Origin: a virus
Virus record (IMG/VR): IMGVR_UViG_3300031418_000005
Location: 1 to 64,000 of that record
DNA: 64,000 nucleotides
Strand: one strand, 5' to 3'
The notes below the pieces were generated by a model. The model did not search any database and was not told where the DNA came from. It saw only the letters and a list, made by a program, of their open reading frames with translations. Position numbers and translations under genes: made by a program. Positions 38,315-47,966 of this stretch are shown one piece after another (the first letter of the stretch is position 1; every line of letters begins with the position of its first letter).

Positions 38315-39199
38315 TTAGCGTGGCAGGTTACGGTTTTCTGAGCCACACTCACGGCAACGCACATCAATGGTCGGCTGATGTCGATGAATCACATCGACGT
38401 TATACTTAGCCCCACATTGACCACACTCGAATGGATACTGTGGTCGGGTAGGTCGCGGTACCGGTTGTGGTTGGGGTGAGCTGGCTGCAGCCATTTCGTT
38501 GCGGTTACCTTCGGCAATCATTGCCATCATGGACAGGTGGTTGTTGGCAGCAGTATACCAATCGCCATCGAGCGGTAACGTGTACCAACGTTTCAGTTCC
38601 TGACCGGCTTTGGATTTCTCATCCACCACTTTGTGGGTGTACAATAAACGGATACCCGGCACACCATATTGCACCATGGCTTCCATCTTCACGCCATTGA
38701 CTTCTTTACTGATGATTTCGTAATTCCATGTTGGGAAGGCCAAATACAGCGCCTCTGCGCGTGCCAGCACGGCGTTACCATCGAAGTGGGCCAGCTCACC
38801 TTCTTCTTTCCAGCTGCTCATAGCGCGCGTTACACGCTCGTCCTGGTAGCCTTCCAGTTGGGTAATCGCCTCTACGAAGTCGTTGTAGTGGTTTAAGGCC
38901 GTCATACGGGCAATCGGGTCACGGGTCAATACCAGTAACCACATCGCGCCACGGGCCAGCACACGGTAGACCGTCTGAATTTTGTCTTCGTCCGCCAGGC
39001 GCTGTTGCCCTTGAACCGAGTCGTAGGAACCTTGCGCGATGATCGTATTGCCATCCCAGACCACAAAGAACACATCGGAGCTACCCGTCTGATGGCGGGT
39101 CAGGCGATAGCCTGCTTCGTGCTTGTGTACGATAGATGCGTTTTCAGACGTCGGTGCAGCACCTGCAGATTTCGGTAGGAATTGGTCGATAGTTAACAT
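38315..39199 (-). CDS. Hypothetical protein with C-terminal zinc ribbon
   Basis: Pro-rich linker, then CGQC...VRCREC. Confidence 0.8.
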   Translation of the reverse strand: MLTIDQFLPKSAGAAPTSENASIVHKHEAGYRLTRHQTGSSDVFFVVWDGNTIIAQGSYDSVQGQQRLADEDKIQTVYRVLARGAMWLLVLTRDPIARMTALNHYNDFVEAITQLEGYQDERVTRAMSSWKEEGELAHFDGNAVLARAEALYLAFPTWNYEIISKEVNGVKMEAMVQYGVPGIRLLYTHKVVDEKSKAGQELKRWYTLPLDGDWYTAANNHLSMMAMIAEGNRNEMAAASSPQPQPVPRPTRPQYPFECGQCGAKYNVDVIHRHQPTIDVRCRECGSENRNLPR

Positions 39200-39218
39200 G
39201 AAAATTGTTCCTTAAGGG

Positions 39219-39244
39219 AAAAAATAAAGCCACCCGAAGGTGGC
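39219..39244 (-). terminator. cUUCGg terminator
   Basis: gccacc-cgaa-ggtggc plus A-tract. Confidence 0.8.
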
Positions 39245-39251
39245 ATTGGTT

Positions 39252-39815
39252 TTACTTCTTGGATGCACGGGCGATAAGACCGTTCATCACATTGCGATAT
39301 TTGCTGACAGACTTCTCAGCACGGGAAGGTTTACGCAACGGTATGGAGATACCGTCGTAATCACCGCCTGGACCTTTGATGACTTTGACCGATTCGCCAT
39401 CTACAAAATCACCACCTAATACCAGTTCACGCATATGTAGCTCACGAAGGTCGCGGAAGTTCCCGTCCTTGTCACGGTAGAAGCCGCGGGGTGGCGCGAT
39501 GTCGGCAACCTTACCGTTAGCGTCAACAGGAAGGTCTTCATGGTTAATGTGGTTCAACACCACGCCCTTACCCACATTCTCCGGTGGAAGGTTCCACGGT
39601 TTGAGGCTCTCCGGGAAGCCACGAGATACATCGAACTTGTCCAGCTCGGATTGTGCCAGCTGCGCCTTGCGGGTAGCATAATCGCTTTCTGGCACTTTCG
39701 AAACATCCAGCTTTTCGTGAAGCTTAACGCCTTCAAGCTCATCCTTACCAAAGTAGTGCTTGGTGGTGGTGTCAGGTTTGTCCTCACTGAACTGGTATTC
39801 TTTTTTCATATCCAT
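39252..39815 (-). CDS. Hypothetical protein
   Basis: 187 aa; TAATG coupling to the upstream gene. Confidence 0.75.
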   Translation of the reverse strand: MDMKKEYQFSEDKPDTTTKHYFGKDELEGVKLHEKLDVSKVPESDYATRKAQLAQSELDKFDVSRGFPESLKPWNLPPENVGKGVVLNHINHEDLPVDANGKVADIAPPRGFYRDKDGNFRDLRELHMRELVLGGDFVDGESVKVIKGPGGDYDGISIPLRKPSRAEKSVSKYRNVMNGLIARASKK

Positions 39816-39988
39816 TATTTCTTCTCCAGCTGTTTACGGAATTCGGCCAGCTCGTTTTTCCAATCAGGAAGAGGAACAACACGCGGATTAACAACCAAGA
39901 CCTTTTGCTGCGTCTTGGCATCCGTTGTCAGTGTTTCGTTCTTTTCCAGAATGCGGACTTCACCATTGCCCTTTACGATTACAGCCAT
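39815..39988 (-). CDS. Small hypothetical protein (57 aa)
   Basis: Start MAVIVKG after GAGG; TAAGATG junction. Confidence 0.65.
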   Translation of the reverse strand: MAVIVKGNGEVRILEKNETLTTDAKTQQKVLVVNPRVVPLPDWKNELAEFRKQLEKK

Positions 39989-39989
39989 C

Positions 39990-40178
39990 TTAGTAAACCT
40001 CTTGTGAAAATGGGAAGGCGGTGCCAGTCGAATCGACGAGCACCACTTGTGCAGTAACGTGGGTGATTTCATCGTCGTCATTGCGACGGTGTTTCACTCC
40101 GTTGGAAAGATTGTCCCACTCGCGTTTGGTGCGTGGGTTGGACAGGAATTCGGCGAACGCGCTATCAGAGAAAGTCAT
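39990..40178 (-). CDS. Small hypothetical protein (62 aa)
   Basis: Start MTFSDS; TAAGATG junction. Confidence 0.65.
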   Translation of the reverse strand: MTFSDSAFAEFLSNPRTKREWDNLSNGVKHRRNDDDEITHVTAQVVLVDSTGTAFPFSQEVY

Positions 40179-40179
40179 C

Positions 40180-40323
40180 TTAGCCACGTCCTGTGCACAT
40201 TGCAACTGAGTTACCGTTGGCACGGCAGGTGTTGTAGTCGTTGTTTACAGTCATCATGCCAACTGTTACCAGAACAGCCACGGCGATAGAATAAATAGCG
40301 AGTTTATGTTTGCGAGAAATCAT
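40180..40323 (-). CDS. Small membrane-anchored protein (47 aa, not in ORF track)
   Basis: MISRKHKLAIYSIAVAVLVTVGMMTVNNDYNTCRANGNSVAMCTGRG; AAAGGA RBS. Confidence 0.7.
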   Translation of the reverse strand: MISRKHKLAIYSIAVAVLVTVGMMTVNNDYNTCRANGNSVAMCTGRG

Positions 40324-40369
40324 GGTCGTATTCCTTTAATAGATAATGGTCGAGTTAATTGCCGGACGT

Positions 40370-40394
40370 AAAAAAGGCCACCGTGTGGTGGCCT
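40370..40394 (-). terminator. Hairpin terminator
   Basis: ggccacc-gtgt-ggtggcc plus A6. Confidence 0.7.
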
Positions 40395-40403
40395 GCTTTG
40401 TTG

Positions 40404-40649
40404 TTACTTCTTGAATTTGGCTTTCAGGTAATTAGCCAGTTTGTTAGGCCAGCCGAGCAGGCTACCACACAGCAGGGTTGCACCCCAAGCACCGCCAGTG
40501 AGTGCACCGATAACCATGTTACCGGTCAGGTACGTCACAGCATCGATAACTGCGAACGGAGACATGAAACCGATGATGAATGCTGCCAAGGTCAGAACAG
40601 CGATACCGAAACATTTGGTCATGTCTTTCATGAATTCAATCTTAGTCAT
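40404..40649 (-). CDS. Small early membrane protein
   Basis: 81 aa, two hydrophobic Gly-rich helices, AAAGGAG RBS. Confidence 0.8.
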   Translation of the reverse strand: MTKIEFMKDMTKCFGIAVLTLAAFIIGFMSPFAVIDAVTYLTGNMVIGALTGGAWGATLLCGSLLGWPNKLANYLKAKFKK

Positions 40650-40699
40650 TTTAAAACTCCTTTAGGTAATGGTCGAATTAGAGAGATAATTGTTTTCTC

Positions 40700-40730
40700 T
40701 CATGCAGGTAATATATATCTGAAAATGATT
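40700..40730 (-). promoter_or_regulatory. Early (virion RNAP) promoter
   Basis: AATCATTTTCAGATATATATTACCTGCATG with an exact TATATTAC core. Confidence 0.85.
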
Positions 40731-40754
40731 GGAGTCAAACTTTATTTTTATCCC

Positions 40755-40850
40755 CCTAAAAACGCTCTCAAACGCGCTGTAACGCGTTCTAAGCGATTAT
40801 GGTACATACGTTGCCTGAGATAGCGTTATGGCCTCTGTGTGGCTTTTAGC
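40755..40850. repeat. Helically phased intergenic element, copy 2
   Basis: AAACGCTCTC/AAACGCGCTG/TAACGCGTTC/TAAGCG 10-bp units. Confidence 0.6.
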
Positions 40851-40891
40851 AAACAAATAAAGGATACCCGACCCCACAAGGAGGTCGGGTA
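40851..40891 (-). terminator. Rho-independent terminator
   Basis: tacccgacc/ggtcgggta plus A-rich flank. Confidence 0.75.
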
Positions 40892-40895
40892 ACGG

Positions 40896-41696
40896 TTAAC
40901 GCAGCGCCATCTTCTCAGTGACCGCAATTGCGTGGTCATTGATACCCGCCTGGATGGAGATGTTGAAGCGATCTTCACTGACCAACATCACCGCTTTCGA
41001 GTTGTACAGGTCGCGGTCTTCGGCAATCGGCAGAATCGAGTTGTCGTTCAGCGGCCCGACAATCTGTGCTGGGAACGGCACGTAGCCGTTGAAGGTGATA
41101 TACGGCCCCAGCTGCAATACCGGGAACACTTCATTGAAGTTGCTGGAAATACCTTCATCCGACGGCAGTACCGCATAACGGACAACCGCACGGAACGCCG
41201 TGGTGAACTCTTTGACACGCGATTCGCCGACCATGGTGAAACGGAAGACGTTGAACTCGTAGTCTTCGTTCTCACCGAACTCAGCCGGTGTCAGCTGCTC
41301 GATATACTGCGGATAAGTATCCACGTCGCCCGGCACGATGGTGTTGGAGATTTTCTGGGCGTAGAAGTAGCAGTAGGCAAAACCGTACTGTGCTTCCAGG
41401 GCACCGGTAATCACCGCGGTGGTCAGAGCGTGACGGAACAGCAAGTCACCGAGGCTACCGGGGTCAGTGATAGCGAGATCACGTTTGCCTTGAACACCGT
41501 CAACGGTAAAGATGACGGCAACGGTCTTGTCCATGGACGAAGCCATGATAAAGTCCAGTTGCTGCTGTTGCCCATGTGGCATCAGCTGCACGCAACGTTC
41601 GAATAACTTCGCCGGTTTAGAGAAGTGTTTTTTCTCGTATTCGTCGATGCTCAGAAGCGTTTGTCCTGACATGCGAAACGTGTGAATCGCTTTCAT
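40896..41696 (-). CDS. Hypothetical protein
   Basis: 266 aa, TAAGGA RBS, own promoter and terminator. Confidence 0.8.
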   Translation of the reverse strand: MKAIHTFRMSGQTLLSIDEYEKKHFSKPAKLFERCVQLMPHGQQQQLDFIMASSMDKTVAVIFTVDGVQGKRDLAITDPGSLGDLLFRHALTTAVITGALEAQYGFAYCYFYAQKISNTIVPGDVDTYPQYIEQLTPAEFGENEDYEFNVFRFTMVGESRVKEFTTAFRAVVRYAVLPSDEGISSNFNEVFPVLQLGPYITFNGYVPFPAQIVGPLNDNSILPIAEDRDLYNSKAVMLVSEDRFNISIQAGINDHAIAVTEKMALR

Positions 41697-41728
41697 TGAA
41701 AGATCCTTAAGGTTTTGGTGTGTTTCGA

Positions 41729-41756
41729 CATAACACTACGTTAGTCTGTAAATTTT
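41729..41756 (-). promoter_or_regulatory. AAAATTTAC-N15-TATG promoter-like element
   Basis: aaaaTTTACagactaacgtagtgtTATG. Confidence 0.7.
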
Positions 41757-43051
41757 TCTTCGGTGAGCCAAAGTGTCAACTGGCTCTGCGTATTGTACCG
41801 ACCTGACGCCATGGTTTGACCGTCCTGAGCGGACTGGAAGACTTCTGCACACAACGTACCGTAACGTGAATAGACGCCATAGTCGTTTGCATACATATAT
41901 TTCACCGCCATCCCCGGCGTGAGGATACCGTGGGTTGAACGGTTCCAGGTGGTTTTGGTAATCGTCCCGTTACGTGCCGCTAAAGTTGAGCGTTGTGGTT
42001 TGTCTGTGTCCGCAAAATGTTGCTTCGGATCAATCGGCGCATTCACCACCCCGCCCGGATACGCGTTCGGGTCAGCCTGCGAGACAAAGTCTGCTGACGT
42101 GGTGGTTGATATCTCGCCCGGTGAGAACGACGTCGCACGGCCATCCAGCGCACGGATTGAACCTACCCGGTAACCGGTACCTTTGTTCATCGCATCTTCG
42201 TCTTTCGACTCCATCGCCACAACATCCCCGCCACAAATCAGATAGACCGTGTCACCCGATACCTGACAGGTACGGTCAAGCTGAGCTGCCATCTCCCGCG
42301 GCAGGTTAATGATGACCAGCTTCTTCTTCGCCCCGCTGTACTTCTTCGAATCCCATGGCTGGAACAAATACCAGCGTTGCATATACAAAAAGACACCCAA
42401 CCCTTTCGAGTAAATGCCATAATGCTTTTGCAAGAAGTCGAAGACAGAGAGGAAGTCTTGCGAGTCCGGTATCAGGATATCCCGATACCCCTGCTGTTCG
42501 TCCTCTTCGTACATCAGTGCCTGGAGCTGTCCCTCGGAGGACACGCCGTTAGGCAGCGTGTCCGAGAGTATCGAGCGGGCCACTGTTAAGCCGTCGGTGT
42601 TGTGGTATATTCCACCTACTTGACGCACCCGCAGGAACCACATCGCCTCGTCCATCAGCTCAAACGTCACCAGCGCCAGTGACTTGTCGTTGGACTCCCC
42701 TAAGAACATGGTAGGGGATTCCATATCGTGATCGCGGTTGTTGACGGCGATACCCCGATAACTGAAACGTCCGGCAATCCGTTGCCCGTTACGCAGAATC
42801 AGTTTAATCTTGATATCACCCTCAGCAGCGGAGGTGGTTAAACGCATCTGACTAAACGGAATCGCCACGGTTAGGTGGGTCAAGGTCGCCATATCGTTTA
42901 CAAAGTTGCTGGCATGAATCAACGAGATGATTTTCAGTACCGTCAACGGTGCACCGCGTACCGTGATGAATGCCCCGTAATCGATGGCCGGTAAGCCCGC
43001 GGCTTGTGAGATGTGCGTGTTCGCGATTTTCTGTAACCGACCAAACGACAT
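41741..43051 (-). CDS. Virion tail/baseplate protein (phiKZ gp101-like)
   Basis: FLQKHYGIYSKGLG.F....WY..P, LTPGM.VKY; synteny. Confidence 0.7.
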   Translation of the reverse strand: MSFGRLQKIANTHISQAAGLPAIDYGAFITVRGAPLTVLKIISLIHASNFVNDMATLTHLTVAIPFSQMRLTTSAAEGDIKIKLILRNGQRIAGRFSYRGIAVNNRDHDMESPTMFLGESNDKSLALVTFELMDEAMWFLRVRQVGGIYHNTDGLTVARSILSDTLPNGVSSEGQLQALMYEEDEQQGYRDILIPDSQDFLSVFDFLQKHYGIYSKGLGVFLYMQRWYLFQPWDSKKYSGAKKKLVIINLPREMAAQLDRTCQVSGDTVYLICGGDVVAMESKDEDAMNKGTGYRVGSIRALDGRATSFSPGEISTTTSADFVSQADPNAYPGGVVNAPIDPKQHFADTDKPQRSTLAARNGTITKTTWNRSTHGILTPGMAVKYMYANDYGVYSRYGTLCAEVFQSAQDGQTMASGRYNTQSQLTLWLTEEKFTD

Positions 43052-43602
43052 TAGAGCATTCCTCCACGTTGGCGATAGATTTTCTCGATGCGACGCATAA
43101 TCGTGTCGTTGAAGCGATGCTGTTGTACCTCTGCCTTCACTTCACCGAACAACGCCTGCACCGCCGAGACCATAGTGCGTTCCGGTACCTTAAAATACCC
43201 ATACCGGTTCGCCACTGGGAAGAGTTTTCCTGCTAACGCATTAAACTCACGCAACCCTTCGATTGGCACGGCACGAACCATCAGGTGTGGTTGTTCCATA
43301 TACCGTAGCCAATCTGCCAGATGCTCCATGATCCACCCGTAGACCATGATAGCATCATTGGGGTCAGTGATATCTAAAGCACCACCGGTCGCCGCATACA
43401 CCGCAGCGTCTGATGGGTGCAGGTAGATACTCTTTTTGTTCAGGAGTATCGCCTGGGCCTTCTTCGGGTCGTCGGGTAAGAACAACCCGTGCTCCTGGCT
43501 GGCGTATTTGGTGATGGTCGCGTATTCCGGTACGCGCCAGAACACCCATTTGTGGAACAGCATAAAGGCTGCTGTAAATTTCGGGTCACGTTGATGTTGC
43601 AC
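43051..43602 (-). CDS. Conserved protein (phiKZ gp100-like)
   Basis: IMEHL.DW, VPIEGLR.F..LA..LFP.A. Confidence 0.65.
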   Translation of the reverse strand: MQHQRDPKFTAAFMLFHKWVFWRVPEYATITKYASQEHGLFLPDDPKKAQAILLNKKSIYLHPSDAAVYAATGGALDITDPNDAIMVYGWIMEHLADWLRYMEQPHLMVRAVPIEGLREFNALAGKLFPVANRYGYFKVPERTMVSAVQALFGEVKAEVQQHRFNDTIMRRIEKIYRQRGGML

Positions 43603-43606
43603 GCTA

Positions 43607-44959
43607 CTACCTCGCGTATTTCAACAGCACGTATACCATCGGGATGTAATAGAACTGTGCATCCTCTGGCAACGTGTTGCACACCTCAGCAAGCTTCAAG
43701 GCAATCGTGGACGGCACCGGTTGCTTGTTAAGGTACAGATACAGGCCATATTCCAACAACGAGCTGTACGAGCCGTTGTAGAACGTTTCCGTCAACAAGT
43801 ACGGGGTGTAGGTTAACGGCAGGAACGCCGGTAACGATTCACCCGCATTGCCACGGTATTCATCCACCACAGTAGGCGGGAACTCTGTAAACTTCACCCA
43901 GTCTGCCGGATACTGCTTCGGCGAACGCAAATCGTCGGAGAAATACCGGGTGTTGGTGATACGTGACCAGGCAATCGAGTTACGGGTCTGCATCGTCCGG
44001 AATGTGTTAACGAGGTACGCCCCGTTCGGTTTGTTGTACGACGCGAGAAACGCGGTTTGTTGTTGCAGCAATGCCGTAAACAAACATTCCACGTCGGCCA
44101 CGTTCTTCGGCGGGTGAGGATAGATTTGAATATCCTTCCCAACCGTACGCAGCCCAATCGCCCGAACAAACAGGCACAGGAACACGTCGTAGTACGATGC
44201 CCCTTTCAACCCATACACACGCCAGTCACGCGGGAACAGTAACGTTTCCGTTTCCGAATCCCAGAATCGCTTCACGTACGTGGTCTCGATGTCCTTAATG
44301 GCATCACCGAGTTTCAGGAAAGAGCGATACTCGTTCGGTGTCAGTAAGGTATCGCCACCCGTCCAGGCACGTTCGGCAACGTAATAGTATTCCCGCACGG
44401 TACAACGACGAATCGTTTCTGCGACTGCGGGGGACACTTCAAACAACATGGAATACTCGATGTCGTACGTCGAGACCTTGTTGTTGGACATACGTGTTAC
44501 ACGCGTGATGTTAAACAGCGCATAACGGTTGTCACCAATCGGCACTACAAAGAAACAGCCTTCGTTCGGCGCAACGGTATTGGCAAGCGTGGCTGACCCG
44601 GTCAGGGTGAAGGTTTTGTTCTTGTCATCCTGACTACGGTCAAGGGGAGACTTCACCCGCAGTTCCATGCCAATGATTTTCTCTAACTGCTGGTCAGGGG
44701 TAATGACCTGCGTATCAAAGAACTTCTTGGCATCGTTACGGCCTTTCAGGAAGTTGAAGAAGTCCACCTTCCAGGCCGACCCTTCCACGTACTTCATCAG
44801 GTACTGTTTCGGGATACGGTCAAAGTCCGTTACCGTGGTACGCAGCGGTTGGGTCACCACGTTACTGGCTTCTTTCACCCCGTCTTGCGGTGTGTTCAGA
44901 GTCGGCGTTTCCGGCTCAACCGGGACGAACGTGGTCGACTCACGCGACGCTTTCAGCAT
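43607..44959 (-). CDS. Virion structural protein (phiKZ gp99-like)
   Basis: YVEGSAWKVDFF, PNEGCFF..IGD.R..LF.IT, QFYYIP. Confidence 0.7.
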   Translation of the reverse strand: MLKASRESTTFVPVEPETPTLNTPQDGVKEASNVVTQPLRTTVTDFDRIPKQYLMKYVEGSAWKVDFFNFLKGRNDAKKFFDTQVITPDQQLEKIIGMELRVKSPLDRSQDDKNKTFTLTGSATLANTVAPNEGCFFVVPIGDNRYALFNITRVTRMSNNKVSTYDIEYSMLFEVSPAVAETIRRCTVREYYYVAERAWTGGDTLLTPNEYRSFLKLGDAIKDIETTYVKRFWDSETETLLFPRDWRVYGLKGASYYDVFLCLFVRAIGLRTVGKDIQIYPHPPKNVADVECLFTALLQQQTAFLASYNKPNGAYLVNTFRTMQTRNSIAWSRITNTRYFSDDLRSPKQYPADWVKFTEFPPTVVDEYRGNAGESLPAFLPLTYTPYLLTETFYNGSYSSLLEYGLYLYLNKQPVPSTIALKLAEVCNTLPEDAQFYYIPMVYVLLKYAR

Positions 44960-46451
44960 TCTCTGTTCCTCGCATGGTGAAGATGGTGGTGTTGAAGATG
45001 GTCAACAGAATCCGCTTATCCGGGGTTGGGGTCAGCTTCTTGATGTCGTCATCCACACTCGGTGGAAACTTCGGCAAGTCCCACCACCAACTCGGCACGT
45101 CCCAGTTCGGGAACAGCCATTCAATCAGCACCTTGGCTGCTTTCGGATACAACTGCAATGGCCACAGGTCAAAGTTACGCCAGTCGTAAATCACCGATTC
45201 AGTGAGATAGTACCCTTTGTTGACTTTGACGTCTCGGCCACGTAAAGACAGTGTCCCGTTCTCCCAGTGGTAGAAGCGCGGCTCGATAATCTGACCTTCT
45301 TCGAACAACTCCGTGCGGAAGACACCCCGTTGTCCGGTAGGGTCGATTGCCCGACAGTGTTCGATATACGGCAGCAGGTCTTTGTTCCAGACATACGGCA
45401 AATCATCGACATTCACCACATGCGGGTTGACCATGTTGTCCGCATCAAACACCACGTCTGTACCAAACACATGCAGCAGCTTGCTTTTCAGCGGCGAGTG
45501 AGTACGGTGGAACTGTTCGGTCGGCGAGAGCAGATACGGCAGACGAATCAACTGGCGGGTTTCATTAATCCACCAGGTGCTATCCAGATTACGCTGTTGG
45601 GCGTGACGCTGAACATCTTCTTCGTTCGATAACCACGGTGGGTCAATCTCTGGCCAGTATTCTTCCGGCAGGGGTGTTTGATTGATGATGTACGGATACG
45701 ACACCACAATCTCTTCGGGACGCTGATACGAGAAGCGAATCACAAAGGAAGCTTCCCAGCGGTTCTCATCTTTGTCCCAGGCCGGTACCTGCACATCGTA
45801 CACGGTTTCTAACCGGGTAGGCGCATAACGCACCGACAACGATTCCTGGCCACCTGCCACGTTACCCGTGACAAACACATCCGGGGTAAAGTGGGCTTTC
45901 AGGTACGCTTTGAAATCATCAAACTTCGGCACACGGGTTTCTGCTGCCACATAGCAGGCATTAATCAGGTGCAGTGCAGGGCGTGGGATATAATAGAACG
46001 CCTCTGCTTCGGTCATGATAGAGAAACGCCCCATGTCAATGAGTGAGTCGAGACGGTTTGTCCAGCGCAGCAACTCATCGCGTGACGCACTGTGGCGACG
46101 CAGGGTAATGGTCATGTTGTACATCGTGCGGACGGGCCACGCGCGTACCTGATCATCGACGTTCTCAAAGAAGTACGGTTCGGCTTGCATCCCGACCTGA
46201 CGGTTGATGCGAGCGTATTCATCACGTTCTTCTTCGACTTCGACGTACACACGTTCCGGTGACGCATAGTCCACAGGCACCTCATCCCCAAGGGTCGAGC
46301 CGGGCTGGTACGCTGTATCATTGGCTTCGTCTTCAAAGATAACAGAAGCCTGGTCAATACCGGATTCATTTAACACGCGTTGTACGACACCGTCAACAAT
46401 CGGTTTGCGAATGGTTGCGTCCAACGATGGGAGTTCGAAATACTGTTGCAT
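44940..46451 (-). CDS. Virion structural protein (phiKZ gp98-like)
   Basis: I.KPI, F.YQRP..I.VSYP.IINQ..LP; synteny. Confidence 0.7.
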   Translation of the reverse strand: MQQYFELPSLDATIRKPIVDGVVQRVLNESGIDQASVIFEDEANDTAYQPGSTLGDEVPVDYASPERVYVEVEEERDEYARINRQVGMQAEPYFFENVDDQVRAWPVRTMYNMTITLRRHSASRDELLRWTNRLDSLIDMGRFSIMTEAEAFYYIPRPALHLINACYVAAETRVPKFDDFKAYLKAHFTPDVFVTGNVAGGQESLSVRYAPTRLETVYDVQVPAWDKDENRWEASFVIRFSYQRPEEIVVSYPYIINQTPLPEEYWPEIDPPWLSNEEDVQRHAQQRNLDSTWWINETRQLIRLPYLLSPTEQFHRTHSPLKSKLLHVFGTDVVFDADNMVNPHVVNVDDLPYVWNKDLLPYIEHCRAIDPTGQRGVFRTELFEEGQIIEPRFYHWENGTLSLRGRDVKVNKGYYLTESVIYDWRNFDLWPLQLYPKAAKVLIEWLFPNWDVPSWWWDLPKFPPSVDDDIKKLTPTPDKRILLTIFNTTIFTMRGTENAESVA

Positions 46452-46471
46452 GGGTTTTCCCTCGTTGTAGT

Positions 46472-46495
46472 CATATCACTGGCTGAAAATGCAAA
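46472..46495 (-). promoter_or_regulatory. TTTGC-N15-TATG promoter-like element
   Basis: TTTGCattttcagccagtgaTATG upstream of the structural operon. Confidence 0.7.
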
Positions 46496-46521
46496 AAAAA
46501 AACAGGGAGCCGAAGCCCCCT
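46493..46521 (-). terminator. cUUCGg terminator
   Basis: agggggc-ttcg-gctccct plus U10 on - strand. Confidence 0.85.
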
Positions 46522-46525
46522 ATCT

Positions 46526-47590
46526 TTACTGCACCTTACCCTGATAGGATTGGCGCAGCTGTTTCATGGTGTAAAACTCGTCCGGGTTAAACGGCCGCAT
46601 CGAGACACCATGGATAAACACCACATCCTCAGGCTTCAATTCATACCGACTCAGAATCTTACGAACATATTCCTGTACCGGTAAATCATCAGGAGCGCGT
46701 CTGATGAAAAAGTAGGGTATGCTCTGGTCTGCGGGAAGCCGCAAAATGATCATCACACCTTCCTGCTGGAGAATTTTATTCTCGAACGCACCCACCGTCA
46801 TAGGTTTGGTACCCACGGGTAATAAGTCTTCATCTTTGAAACGCAAATCAGTAAGACGTAACTTAGATTTGGTTGACACCAGATGAATACCATCAGCTTT
46901 ACGGCCGTCTGGTAGTGTGAACTGCACTTCTTCAGGATAGACCTGCATGGACGCTAAACGTTTCTGTATCCAGCTCGTCGCCAAACTGGCTGATCCCGCT
47001 GGTGTCGGCCACATTGCTTTGTAAGAACGCTTACCGAAGTTTCCTTTTACGGTAATCTTTACCCGCAATTTTTCAACTTCGAATATTTCATTCTCAAGCG
47101 CAGCGATGTTGGCTTTTAAGTCAACACGATAACCGACATCGCGTTTCAGGACTTTCAAATCGCCCAACGTTAGTTGACAAACGTCATTACGCTCAATAAC
47201 ATCAAGATACGAAACCCAACACCCATTTGCCTGGTTGAATATCATTACCTCTTCCGGTTTAAGGCGCAGCTTTGGCAAGCACGATTCGAAGAACTCTGTT
47301 ACGGTGGCCGTTTCTTTGAAAAGGCGTGGGTGTTTACGCAACACCTCTTCAAGGTCAGGCATAACCATTTTCCGACGCGTCTCAATCGAAACAGCCAGAC
47401 GCAGCAGGCGGTTGAAAGAATGCACTAGCCCGTACGCACCTAACTGCTTACGATGCGTCTCTATTTTGAACTGGGCAAAATGTTCAATCCTTAACTCCTC
47501 TGGGGTCTTTGGTCGTGGCATGGAGCCGACCGCTTGTTCGATTTCTTCGCCAAATTTCATCCAGGCAGCTTCAGCTTGTGGTGTTTTCAT
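46526..47590 (-). CDS. Protein with three internal repeats (possible beta-grasp/ubiquitin-like)
   Basis: LKPEEVMI / VYPEEVQF / LKPEDVVF, each followed by tL.dL[KR]. Confidence 0.75.
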   Translation of the reverse strand: MKTPQAEAAWMKFGEEIEQAVGSMPRPKTPEELRIEHFAQFKIETHRKQLGAYGLVHSFNRLLRLAVSIETRRKMVMPDLEEVLRKHPRLFKETATVTEFFESCLPKLRLKPEEVMIFNQANGCWVSYLDVIERNDVCQLTLGDLKVLKRDVGYRVDLKANIAALENEIFEVEKLRVKITVKGNFGKRSYKAMWPTPAGSASLATSWIQKRLASMQVYPEEVQFTLPDGRKADGIHLVSTKSKLRLTDLRFKDEDLLPVGTKPMTVGAFENKILQQEGVMIILRLPADQSIPYFFIRRAPDDLPVQEYVRKILSRYELKPEDVVFIHGVSMRPFNPDEFYTMKQLRQSYQGKVQ

Positions 47591-47627
47591 TTTCGTTTTC
47601 CTTAAGGGTCATGGTCGATTTAGTTAA

Positions 47628-47966
47628 TTACGCGCGGGCTAACCACTCACGTTTCCAGCGGACAGCGCGCAAGCCGCTATGACGGTGTTTGTCACGAACA
47701 ATGAACAGGTCGCGCGGTGTGACATTGATAGCCACGTCAGACGCTTGTTCCTGGTCACCTAACGTTGCGGCCAGTTGCAGAAACTCTTCCGGCTCATCGA
47801 TGCGGTGGAAGACACGGTCACGTTCACCAAAGATGAGGAAGATACCTTCCTGGCCAATCAAAGCATCCGTCAGCTTCATCGGGCAGCTGGTTATTGCACG
47901 GGCAGTCTTAGCACCTTCTTCGGTCAGGGTGATACGTTTAACAGGATAAGAGTTGTTCGGGTTCAT
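47628..47966 (-). CDS. Hypothetical protein
   Basis: 112 aa, TAATG-coupled to DHFR. Confidence 0.7.
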   Translation of the reverse strand: MNPNNSYPVKRITLTEEGAKTARAITSCPMKLTDALIGQEGIFLIFGERDRVFHRIDEPEEFLQLAATLGDQEQASDVAINVTPRDLFIVRDKHRHSGLRAVRWKREWLARA

